Below, in pieces: positions 1-11,431 of a DNA stretch of 64,000 bases. This DNA is from Malacoraja senta (Eukaryota): positions 19,408,001-19,472,000 of the forward strand of contig CM075987.1 in assembly GCA_038087875.1 (NCBI GenBank). Direction: 5' to 3'. The notes under the pieces were generated by a model that had not been told where the DNA came from, did not search any database, and was given only the letters and a program-made list of their open reading frames with translations. Each line of letters opens with the position of its first letter. Within the stretch, counting starts at the first letter, position 1. Made by a program: the position numbers and the translations under genes.

Positions 1-1613
1 TTGATTGACGCTAGTGAACTTGTCAAAAAAAGACCTAGATGCTGAGCCTGTTTTCAAGACACAGAGTAAGCGCTTACGCAAAAAAAGAAAATTATTTGAT
101 TATAAATCAAATAATGAACCTTTGCCAGATCCAGAAACAGCCTTCAGAGTGCAATGTTTTAATCAGGTGGTAGATAAAGCACTGCAAACACTTGAGCCAC
201 GGTTTGAACAACTGAAAAGGTATCAACATTTATTTGGATTCTTGTGCAATTTTCAGGACCTGTCCAAGGACACCATAAGAAAATGTGCAGCAGATCTGGA
301 AGTGGCATTGACAGAGGTCAAGCTGGGGCAGGAAAAAGATCAATTTAAAACCACAAAACTGGTTGATATATCGATGGATACATGCTTAGTGAGGATATGG
401 AGGCACTAAAGCCAATTCTGCCACCAGAGATTCAAAACCCCATGAAAATGCTTAAATTCCTTGCTTGTAACAACAGGTCTACCGCATTTCCAAATTTATT
501 TCTTGCTCTTCGGATTTTCCTGACAATCCCAGTGACTGTGGCATCTGGAGAAAGGAGTTTATCCAAGCTGAAACTGTTCAAAACTTACTTGAGATCATCA
601 ATTCAGCAAGAACGTTTGAACAGTTTGGCAATTATGTCCATTGAATCTGAAATTAGCAGGTGTTAACTTATTAAACAATTTATTGACAAATCATGAACTT
701 ATTAACAAATTAACAGACAAAATTCTAAAAGACATTGCAGAGAAAAAAGCAAGAAAGATAACTTTCTCATAATAAAAGGCAATAATATGACATTTATAAT
801 TTATGAATGTTAAGAGAAATCCAAAAAAGATAATTTGTTTCCAACAATTCTGATATTTCTTTTTCCGAAAAAAATATATATTTTTAATAAATCGTTTCGC
901 AGTATGGGAGGATGGAAGGGCACCAGACAGTTGAAACTGAGCAACATATTATGTTGCAATGATGTGTTGAGTACAGACACCACATCGATTTGTGGAAAAC
1001 ACCATTCAACTTTCAATATATGTCTGGATTTGGATTTACCAGCTTCTGGAGAGAGGCGGCCAAATGTACGTTTTTTTAATATTTGGTTTAAGCGAGCTCT
1101 CGTGGGGAAAGTTGGAGAGAGTCAACTTGGGAGGGAAACCAAGTAGTTAAATCATAAAATCCGTGGTTTAAAAGCAAGTCTTCCACTCAAAAAGGTCTGC
1201 AGTAATCAAAGCCCGAAAGGGTAGGATGGGGCTGAAGCCCAAAATTTAATGCCTGGACTGGTTTTTCACCAATGGTTATTGGTTTTCCAGGATCTAGTTA
1301 ATTAAATTACTTTTTTGTTTTCATTTCACAGTCATTAAAACAAGTGGTATTGTAACCATGTACTTTTCAGAGGTGATCGACACATTTTGTTTGTTACTTG
1401 TAGGCTTACATGTATGCAATTTTATATTAAAATGTAGTTTAGATTTGTTTGGACCATTAACTCGCATGCACTTTTTAAGCGCACATTTTGATTACTTTCC
1501 ATTCTATAATAGACTTTATTTGTATTTCTATGATTCTACAGACCTTCGCTGGGAACCTGTGGCTCACCAAAATTGTTCCCAATTGGGCCCCGCACCTCCT
1601 AAGGCCGGCCCTG
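1..1613 (+). mobile_element. hAT DNA transposon, right part (cut by the window edge), with a broken transposase
   Basis: ORFs 5..409 and 382..666 are out of frame. The second has the hAT dimerisation motif (FPNL..ALRIFLTIPVTVASGERS.SKLK..KTYLRS...QERLNSLAIMSIE); a remnant C-terminus KDIAEKKARKITFS* lies near 730-771. The element ends in ...taaggccggccctg (1613), the reverse complement of a CAGGGCCGGCC-type hAT terminus, and abuts a CR1-like fragment. Confidence 0.85.
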
Positions 1614-2195
1614 CTGAGGAGTGGCCTTATACAGGATCATGAGGGGCATGGATAAATTGATCGCTCATGGGATAGAACATTCTAACACTACAGGGCATAG
1701 GCTTGAGAGAGGAGAGATTTAAGAGGGACCTCAGGGGCAATTTTTTTTCACTCAGAGGGTCATCTGTATCTGGAATGAGCTGCCAGAGGCAGCTATAGAA
1801 GTGGATACAATTATGATTTTTAAAGGACATTTGGACAGATATAAGAATAGGAAGAGTTTAGAGAGCTTTGGGCCAAATGCAGGCAAATGCATTTGTCAAT
1901 TTGGTCGACATGGACAAGGTGGGCATATGGGCCATTTCTGTGCCTTGCTATGAGAGATTGGATACACTGGGCTTGACTCCCATGAAGGCAGAGGCCCTGA
2001 GGGGTAACCTCAAAGAGATACATAAAAATGATAAGAGGTGTAGAGAGGGTCGATAGTTAGGATCTTTTAACTGATGAAGGGCCTAGGTTTAAGGTGAGAG
2101 GAAGGGGTTTTAAAGGGGATTGAGGGGAGAGTTTTACACAGAGAGTGGTTGATGTATTGAACTCGCTGCTAGAGGAGGTGGAGGAGTCAGATCCA
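1614..2195 (+). mobile_element. Two degraded CR1/HER1-like LINE 3' fragments
   Basis: Motifs agggcatagg..gagagatttaagagggacctcaggggcaa..cactcagaggg..tggaatgagctgccagagg also recur at ~52140-52470 and ~59200-59620. Confidence 0.7.
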
Positions 2196-4083
2196 GTCTG
2201 GGTCAATCCTGGAGCATCTCCGCCAACACCACAACCACCACAAACGTGTCGTCTGTCTCCTACAGCAGCCGTCCCTCCGCTTCCCTGCCCCATGGGCACC
2301 GTGTCCCGCTTCACCAGCTGATGACATAACTTTAAGGTGCTTCCAGGGCTGAGTGCAGCAGATCCCAAACTATCCTCCTAACCCATTATGTCAGCACATC
2401 CTAGCCCAATGGTCTGTCGGTCCCATCAGAATGCAGAAAGCAAATCACCCCCCAATGCCAAGGCCACACCTCGGAAGAAGATGACTTCATTGTTGTGAGA
2501 TGGTTTGAGGAAGAACGCCATGGTATACATACAATTCTACTTTTAATAAAATATTGACACAGGAGTAATGGGCCAAGCAGATACCTTTGGTGCAGTCACA
2601 CCACATCCTAAATCCTTCTGACATCCTCACACACGCTGGTAATCTATCATTGAGTCACATCTTTCTCACAGCCATCAACAAAGCTGGTGTTTGATGAGTC
2701 AGTAAAAAGTTAATTTGCTATTTTTAATTTCCTGAGAAAAGGAGACTTGCTCATGCAAACAGTCTTGATCAGATAAAAACCTGGGCAAGTATGGGCCTCC
2801 AAGAATACCTCACAGAGGCAAATCCAGGATTCCAAGAGGAACTGAGCTCCAAGTCAGATAGGGTTGAGGTCCAACCCTGTTACCTAATGTTAGCCACAGG
2901 ACCGCAGACATGTAACAGCCCCAGGACAAGGGAAGGGCAAATTACAGCTTGGCCAGTCTCTGTAAATATTAGTTTTTAAAATTGTAAAGGAGGGTTGAAA
3001 CTGTGAAGATCGTTAACATCAACACACTCAAATGGGGAGGGCAAAGAGGAGAATATTTGCAGCTTAGAAAGCAGAAAAGAAACCATCGGAAAAGCGACAA
3101 CGAAATAGAGGAAGGATCTTGTTAAAGAATTTGGAGCCACAGATGAAAAATGGATTTCATAATAAAGGACAATCTTTTCCTCCTTTCTCGAACAACTGGG
3201 ACTAGTTTAGAACAGCCATCTTGGTTGGCATGGACATGTTGGGCAGAAGGGCCTATTTCTGTGCTGTCTGACTGACCACTAGGGTATAAACAAAGCCATG
3301 CCTAATCAGACACAGGTGGAGTGCTATGTTCAAGTCTTGGTCAATTATGGCTTAAAAAACTATGAACCCTAGTAGACTAATGGAGGAGCCATTCTTAAAG
3401 ATGAAGAAAAGCCAATGGATAGACCGTGATTTTTGCCAAGTCTGTACTGTATTCTAAAGTTTGTTTGTGTGGATACTAGATCTGAATAAAATGAGGCCCA
3501 GCTATGATTAACAACCATGTGACACTCTTGTCTGCTCACATGCACAGACTATGGTAGATCTGGGCACAAAGCAGTATGGCTAAGGATGGATTAAATAAAA
3601 ACAGAAAGTTGTGGAAATACTCAGCAGGTCAGATAGCATCTATGGAGAGGGAAACAAAGTCAAGATTTCATGTTGATATCCTTCCATGGGACTTGAAGAA
3701 CGATCATTAAATGCAAATGTTAATCCTGTTTCTCCCTTCACTGGTGTTGCCTGACCTGCTGAGTGTTTTCTGCTTTTAATTTCAGATTTCTATCACCCTC
3801 ACTTCTTTGCTATTCAGTACAAAACTAGATTTCCATTGCATTTTGCACGCAATATTCAGTTCCATTGCACTCTGTTGAATGAAGTATCTGGAACTGCGCA
3901 TATTGGTGCCCGATCTGATTCTGCTCACATTGTGCCAACATCCAAGATTAATCTGAATGTAGAACTGAATGTAGCACAGCACCCCAGATATAGGAAAATT
4001 AAAACATTCTGAAAAGGGACACAGGATTTATGAAGAAGGGTCTCGACACAAAATGTCTCTTATTCCTTTTCTCTAGCCTTTTG

Positions 4084-5125
4084 TAGCAATGTTACAAAAT
4101 TTTGAGATTTAAAAAATAAAGTCTGTAATTTATCCCATTAGATAAAGCATAAAAATAAGTTTAATTTGACACCTAATTCACATTCATATCTTCAGTATTA
4201 AAAAAGTTATGGCCATTTTCATACTCGGAAATTAGCATCTTGTTCCCTATTGCTTTTCCATTGACTTAACACAAAAGCTGTGATCGAGGACAGTCAAAAG
4301 CCCATAACTTTCTTAAAAATTAAGAGAACTGAAAGAAATTTTCAGTTATTATAGATTGAAGCATTCTGAAACAAATATGAAACAATCTTACTTAGATGAC
4401 ATGAAATTAAAGCATATAATTAGTTAGTTACCTAATTGTAGCTAATTACAAAATTCAATTACTAGATCTAAACATCTATCAATTTCTTAAGAATAGATTA
4501 ACATTTTTAAATAGCCTAAGTGTCCAAATAACATTCACACAAGAATTCACAATATAACATAATTTTTAAATCTCATTGTCATGGATTTATAGGCCAAATG
4601 GAAGGAATTTAATGTTTAATACCTGTAAATTAATGGCCATTTAAATCATCTTACGAATGGGGTTTTCTGGAACGCGATCATTTGGAACGTTGATTTGCGG
4701 TGAATTTAACCCCGTATCGGCATGAAAAATTCTGCCGTTAGTTCGGGGAAAAGAATTACCGTTTCGCATTAAAAAATGTGAATTAAAGGCTTCTTAAGAA
4801 GCACTTTTATACAAAAAAATAAACTGCTTTCGTTTACCTGTCCCGTGTGTGAAACCCGTCCCCGTTGTCGGCGTTGACGGCTTTCGAAGCTGATTTTAAA
4901 ATAACTCCAGTGCTGAAATTGTCGATCGAATAAAAATAAAAAATACACAAAACGCCCGTAGGAACGATTTTTCAGCAAAAGGTTGCACTCCAACGAAATA
5001 TAATTCAGGACAAGGTAGGAGAAACCCGCGTTTTATCCCCGCCCCCCATTAAAGGCGCCAAAATCGCGCACACGGCCAGTGGCAGAATTGCAGCGCCGCT
5101 GAAGGTAAGTATTGTAACATACCTA
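4084..5125. mobile_element. Non-autonomous DNA transposon-like element with short imperfect TIRs (superfamily unassigned)
   Basis: Left end TAGCAATGTTACAAAATTT against reverse-complemented right end TAGGTATGTTACAATACTT. Flanked by direct repeat CCTTTTG (4077-4083, 5126-5132). No long ORF. Confidence 0.65.
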
Positions 5126-5204
5126 CCTTTTGTACCTGAAAAACAGGATTTATGGTTATCAATCCATAGAAGATCAAATACTTGAATTATTTGGTCTCAG
5201 CTGT

Positions 5205-5670
5205 ATTTAGCTTAGTTCAGAGATAGAGCATGGAAACATGTCCTTTGGCCCACTGAGTCTACACCAACCATTGATCGTTCGCTCGTGTGTCAGACGATGA
5301 AGCTCGCTGTTGGCTTCTGTCGTCGTCCAACATGTTGACAGAATTGGTCGCCCGACGCGTCACAGAGTGCATCGCGTCGTCGCTTCCAGGGATCGCGATG
5401 AGGAGGCTTCTGTCATGATCCCTATCAACAATGATTACCAATCCACACTAGTTCTATGTTATCTCACTTTCGCATTTACTTCCTACACACCAAGCACTAT
5501 TTACAGAGGCCAATTAACCTACAAACCCGCACGTCTTTGGGATGTGGGAAGAAATCGGAGGAAACCCATGCACCGACTGTGAGAACATGCAAACTGCACG
5601 GTCAGGATTGAACTCATGTCTCTTGCGCTGTGAGGTAGAAGCTCCAGCAGTTGTGTCACTATGCTGCCAT
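5205..5670 (-). mobile_element. tRNA-derived HE1-like SINE, interrupted by a ~160-bp CpG-rich insert
   Basis: Reverse complement of the SINE at 24702-24995 (cacactagttctatgttatc...tttacagaggccaattaacctacaaacc...tgtgaggtag...actatgctgcc). Confidence 0.75.
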
Positions 5671-7029
5671 TAATCATCTGTCACATTTTGGACAATTCTC
5701 AAGTTTGGTACTATCTTACTCTAAACATTACATGGAAACTCCAAGTTGATGATTATCCATTTTCTTCTCAAAATGATCGAGTGATGCAATGGAACAAGCG
5801 TCTTTACTGATTTCCTGTCTTTTAAATCATATGTTTTGTGGGAATCAGCTCTTTAACTAAAGACTCATAGGTCATAATATGGATGGAAACAGGCCCTTTG
5901 GCCCAACTCGTCTATGCTGACCAAAATGCCCCATTCAAGCTAGACCCATTTGCCTGCTCTTAGTCCATATCCCTCTAAACCTTTTCTAGCCATGTCCCTG
6001 TCCAAATATCCCTGTCCCATTTCTTTCATATATTCATACATTGGTTTGCAGAAGTCATGGCCTGTCCAATTGCTCTACATAATCTTTAAGAATGGCTCCA
6101 CCATTAGTCTACTAATGCTCATACGTTTTGACCCATAACTGTCCAAGACTGGAACGCAACAATCCCTCAGCATCTATATCAATCAAGGCTTTACTAACAC
6201 CCTTGTTGTCATAGAGTGATGTTGTGTGGCAACAGGGCCTTCAGCACAGTTTGTCCATGCCGACCAAGATGCCCATTTTAGCCAGATCGAAATAAAGGGA
6301 AATAAAATATTTGCTGTGAAATCCATTTTCCACCTATGGCTCCAAGTTCTTTCTTAAGACCTTTCCTTTCTATGTACATTATTGCTGAGCCTATTGCCAT
6401 GCAATCCCCCCCGAACCTTTTCTACATTCTCCTCCATGCGCTCACAAGTTGACTGTGCTCAAGTTAATGCTCCTCACAGCTTCCACTCTCCTTTAGAATT
6501 TAAAAGCTTAAACTTATTACATCCCTGGATTATGAACGCCCGAATATTGGACATCCCTGCATACAAATGAGTTCCCATAATATCATTAAATTCCAAAGTA
6601 CATATATCGTATTACTTACAACAGTTCCTACAAATAGCAGAACTAATTTAATCTTACTCCACTTATAGTAATTGTTCTTTTTTGCCAGTCTTATGTGCTG
6701 TTGATGTCATTCGCTCCAATACTGTGGAGTTGTGGTTACCATATCCCATGAAATTTATGTATTTTCCAACTTATCAAAAACATCAACTGATTAGATGTCG
6801 GTAAAAACAGAGCCCAGGGTCAGCCAGTACCTGCACTCTTTCCCTTTATGCCACAATCATCAGGATGTGGATGTAACTGCTTTGCACCACCCAATCGCTG
6901 TTTCCTGACTGATAAAAGATTAAAAATATTTGCAGCCCAGCTGATCAACATCAGTGTCTGAGCACATCCGAGACCTTCCACCTCTCTCTATTCTTCTATT
7001 CCTTTCTTTTTCATGCTGTTATCTAGCTT

Positions 7030-8220
7030 GGTTTCAACCCTAAACGTCACCTATTCCTTTTCTCCAGAGATGCTGTCTGACCCGCTGAGTTACTCCAGCG
7101 TTTTGTGTCTAGTTCCACCTATCACTTGACAGGCTTTGTCCTGTCCCCACCTCTCTTTTCTAGCTTTCTCCCGTCGTACTACAATCAGTCCGACGAAAGG
7201 TCCCATCCTGAAATGTTTCCTTTTCCATTTCATCCAGAGATGGAATGTGTCTATCTGCGTTTTTGTGTGTATATCTTCGGTTTAAACCAACGTCTGCAGT
7301 TCCTTCCTACACACTTCACTGCACTTCATTTATGCCACTGTCAGCTCTACATTTTAACTACTTTCTGGGAAACGTATCTGAAACGTATCACATTCTCTGA
7401 TCAGTCCACTGAGGTGCAGCTCTGTCTGATCACAGCACAACCTGGGTAAACAATCCAGGCTGAATTCTGCCTGGCCTTGGTGACAATCTGTTCTGTGAAC
7501 ATCGGTCTCCACCAGCTTTTAAAGTAAACAGAAGGTGTCGGCCTAACATCGCTCTGGGACTTGCTCAAAGTAAATAACTTCAACACTGTATTACTAAAGC
7601 CTTCTGTGAGGTCTTCTCCATTGCCAGAGTGAAGCCACCTGCAAACTGGGGAGACAGTGCCTCATATTCTGCTTGGGTCACTTACAACCCAACAGCATGA
7701 ACATTGAATCTTCCAATTTTAAGTAACACCCCCCCCCCATTCTCTCTCTGTCCCATGTACCTATTACACCCAGTACACCCATTTATCTCACTATCCTGCC
7801 TCTTTTACTCGCCCATTCCCCCCTCCGCTTTACGATTCACTCCTCTCTTCCACTTATCTGTCACACTTTTGTCCCCTTTTCACATCGAGACATTGTCACT
7901 TACTCCACCCATCTGTCAATCAGACCACCCTCACCTGTATCCACCTGTCACGTGTGTTGGAAGGAACTGAAGATGCTGGTTTAAACCGAGGCTAGACAAA
8001 AAGTTGGAGTAACTCAGCGGGTCAGGCAGCATCTCAGGAGTAAATGTCATCTATTTCTCCAGAGGTGCTGCCTGACCCGCTGTTACTCCAGCATCCCCTC
8101 CCCCCCCCCCCCCTTACGACAGTCAGTCTGAAGAAAGGTCCCATCCTGAAACATTTCCTTTCCATTCCATCCAGAGATGCTGCCTAATCCGCTGAGTTAC
8201 TCCAGCCCCTTGTGTTTTGC
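7030..8220. mobile_element. Cluster of Penelope-derived 3'/pLTR fragments in both orientations
   Basis: 7620-7725 encodes a decayed GIY-YIG C-terminus (LIFCLGHLQPNSMNIESSNFK*). Repeated gatgctgcctgacccgctgagttactccagc and ctgaagaaaggtcc..gaaac motifs match the tail of the element at 21218-22160. Confidence 0.7.
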
Positions 8221-8519
8221 CTTAGCCTATTTTCTTTGAAACACCAGGAAATTGCACAAGAATATGACTCATAGCTAATAACAACTAATATTGATTTCAG
8301 AACAGCTCAATTATACGGCACCTTCTTGATCTTTTTAACTCCCCAGGTTGTCTCAGTAAAAATAAGCACCAAGGTATAGCAGTGTTGAATTGTACAGGAT
8401 GCTACAGTCTGCCAGCTCCCACAGCCAACAACTGCACCTCGTCTGTTTTCAGTCATTTTACATTCAGGGCAAATGTTCAGCAGGACTCAGGGAAGGTGAG
8501 TCCAGAGGTCTGTGCTCAA

Positions 8520-8880
8520 GAATGGAGAGAGCCACATCTAATCCAAAAGGCAGTCAGCATCATCAAAGACCCACATCACCCTGGCTATGCTCTCATTTCA
8601 CTCCTGTCATTGTGAAGAAGGTAATGGAGGAGTCTGAAAACCACAACCATCGGGTTCAAAAATAGCTTCTTCCCAACAACGATTAGGCTCTTGAACCCTA
8701 CACCCCACCCCAGTGAAATATCTTAGGTTGTGGACTTCTTTTTGCAGTAGGATTGGGGTTGTTAATTTTTTGTTTATTATATATTAACTATGTGTATTGT
8801 GTGTACAGGCCTGTTATACTGTTGCAAATAAGAATTATATTGTTCCATTGTCAGTACATATGACTATTAAACACTCATGA
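8520..8880 (+). mobile_element. Degraded Rex/Babar-like LINE 3' fragment
   Basis: KAVSIIKDPHHPGYALISLL resembles the RT C-terminal region seen at 29415-29930 and 47393-47935; it ends in a tgactattaaa-type tail. Confidence 0.6.
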
Positions 8881-9320
8881 CTCTCTGGAGACACAAGGAA
8901 CTGCGGATGCTGGTTTACAAAAATATACTGTACACAAAGTCCTGGAGTAACTCAGCGGGTCCGGAAGCATTCCTGGAGAGCATGGATAGATGAAGTTTTA
9001 AGTGGGGGCCCTTCCTCAGACTGGTGGTGGTGGTGGTGGAGTGCATTATCTACTACTCTTTTCCAGATTTCTCCCCAAACACAATCAGTCTGATGAAGGG
9101 CCAAAACATCCCCCATCCTCGACTCTCTTGACTTGACTCACAATGTGGACCTGTTTCTGTGCTGTGGAAGTGAGTATGATGCTATCATGACAGTTTATCT
9201 CAACCACAAACACCAATGAAGCATGTTTTAGATGCATCTGTAAAAGGTGCAGGGAGATTGCAGAAAGGCAGTACAGATCAAGGAAAATCGTGGCTGGATT
9301 CTCCATTTAACATACAGTAT

Positions 9321-11431
9321 TGTGGCGGTCCCTGGGGGTTAGGCCACTCCTTGGGTCATCCCTCTCGGTTCTTGAGGGACAGGGACGATTGTCTGCCCAC
9401 GGGGTTTCCCGGGTGACTGCTCGCGGGCGTTCTGTGTGTTTTGCCATGATTCATTAAACGACTTTTGAACCTGCCTGGCGTTTGGCCTTTTCCTGACCTC
9501 ATCCAGCCCACTACAACTGGTGACCCCGACGTTCATCACGCACCGTGATGGAAAACAACGCCATTGCGCTGAAGCTCCCGACTTTGTGGACCGAAGAGCC
9601 TGATATCTGGTTCCAGCAGGTAGAGGCACAGTTTGCTCTGTGACGGGTGACGGTAGATGAAACTAAGTACATTTACGTGATCAGCGCTCTTGACCAGGCG
9701 ACTGCGAGGCGGGTTAAACCTTACCTCAGCACCCCCCCCATTAACTACAAATATAGGGGCCTCAATGCCCTGCTCATCAGGAGGTTTGGCCTTAGCGAGT
9801 CTGAGCGGGCAGCTCGGATTCTCCGAATGGATGGCCTAGGTGACCGCTGGCCGTCGGCCCTCCTGGAGGACATGCTCGCTCTTATGGGTGACCATGAGCC
9901 CTGTTTTTTATTTAAATATGCCTACCTTCAGCAGCTCCCGCCACCGATCCCATTACTGACACGCAGGCGCTGGCTGAGCGCGTCGAGCAGCTGTGGATGT
10001 CCTGTCAGCGGGACCTTGAAGCGCTGGCCGTCCTTCCCGCGGCATCAGGTGGCGTGGAGCAGCCATTCCAAACTATTCCAATATTCTGACTACTGGCCCA
10101 CCCGTGCACGCCCGGGCGCGTCGTCTCGCACCGGACAAGCTCCGTCCAGCGTGGGTGGAGTTCTGCCTGATGGAGGTGATGGGCATCGTGCGCTCCTCTG
10201 ATAGCCAATGGGCGTCACCGCTCCACATGGTCCCCAAAACGTGAGGTGGCTGGTGCCCGTGTGGGGATTACCGTTGTCTGAACGATGCGACCGTCGCCGG
10301 CAGGTACCCGGTCCCGCACATTCAGGACTTCAATGCCCATCTGGCCAGAGCATCGGTGCTCTCCAAGGTGGACCTCGTGCGAGGGTACAACCAGATTCCG
10401 ATCCACCCCAACGATATCCCTAAGACAGCAATTATTACCCCGTTTGGACTGTTTGAATTTTTGCGGATGACGTTTGGGTTGAAGAACGCCGCGCAGGCCT
10501 TCCAGCGGCTTATGGACTGTGCGTGCCGTCGCCTGGACTTCGTATTCGTCTACTTGGACGACATACTCGTGGCCAGCCGCTCGCGGCAGGAGAACTGTAT
10601 CCACCTCCGTCAGCTGTGTCAGCGCCTCAGTGATTATGGATTGGCTATCAACTCATCCAAGTGCCGTTTTGCGATGACGGCCATCGACTTCCTTGGCCAC
10701 CACGTAACTCCACAAGGGGTGGTGCCTCTGCAGGCCAGGGTGGATGCTGTCCGCCGGTTCCCCCGTCCGACCACAGTTAAGGGCCTCCAGGAATTCATGG
10801 GGATGGTTGCGTTTTATCACCGTTTCTTGCCGGCGGCGACCGCAATCATGCGTTCCAGCTGATCGCCGGTCATCGCAAGGAGGTTCGTCTTCCTGCCTAG
10901 GGATGCTCATCGGGCACCCCTCCAGCGGCCGTACGAGGGTCCCTTCCGGGTCCTGGAACATGGTTCGTCCACTTTCGTCCTGGACATGGGGGGTCGGCAT
11001 GAGACTGTTTCGGTTGCGCGGCTGAAGCCGGCACATATTGACATTGATCGGCCGGTGCTGGTAGCGCAGGCCCCGTAAGCGAGGGCGCCCTCCGTCTAGG
11101 GTACCCCCGCCAGTGGCTACTCCGCCCCCTGCACCTGTTGGTCGGTTTCCCGTTCCTGTGCCGGGCGTGGTGCGCACCCGGGCTGGTCGCCGCGTACGTC
11201 CTCCTGTCCGTTTCGTGCCTCCGGTTCTTGGGGGGGGGGTCCAGTGGTGTCCCTGGGGGTTAGGCCACTCCTTGGGTCATCCGGTTCTTGAGGGACAGGG
11301 ACGATTGTCTGTCCACGGGGTTTCCCGGGTGGCTGCTCGCGGGCGTTCTGTGTGTTTTGCCGTGATTCATTAAACGACTTCTGAACCTGCCTGGCATCTG
11401 GCCTTTTCCTGACCTCATCCAGGCCACTACA
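9321..11431 (+). mobile_element. Internally deleted, decayed Ty3/Gypsy LTR retrotransposon
   Basis: 5' LTR 9321-9515 (TG..CA); 3' LTR 11243-11431 (starts AG); 4-bp TSD GTAT (9317-9320, 11432-11435). PBS TGGTGACCCCGACGT at 9518 is complementary to tRNA-Trp; poly-G PPT at ~11230-11239. Gag remnant from ATG 9548 (ALKLPTLW..PDIWFQQVEAQF) with an in-frame TGA at 9641. RT fragment 10356-10862 (SKVDLVRGY, FGLKNA, YLDD); integrase C-terminal RPYEGPFRVL near 10925. Confidence 0.93.
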
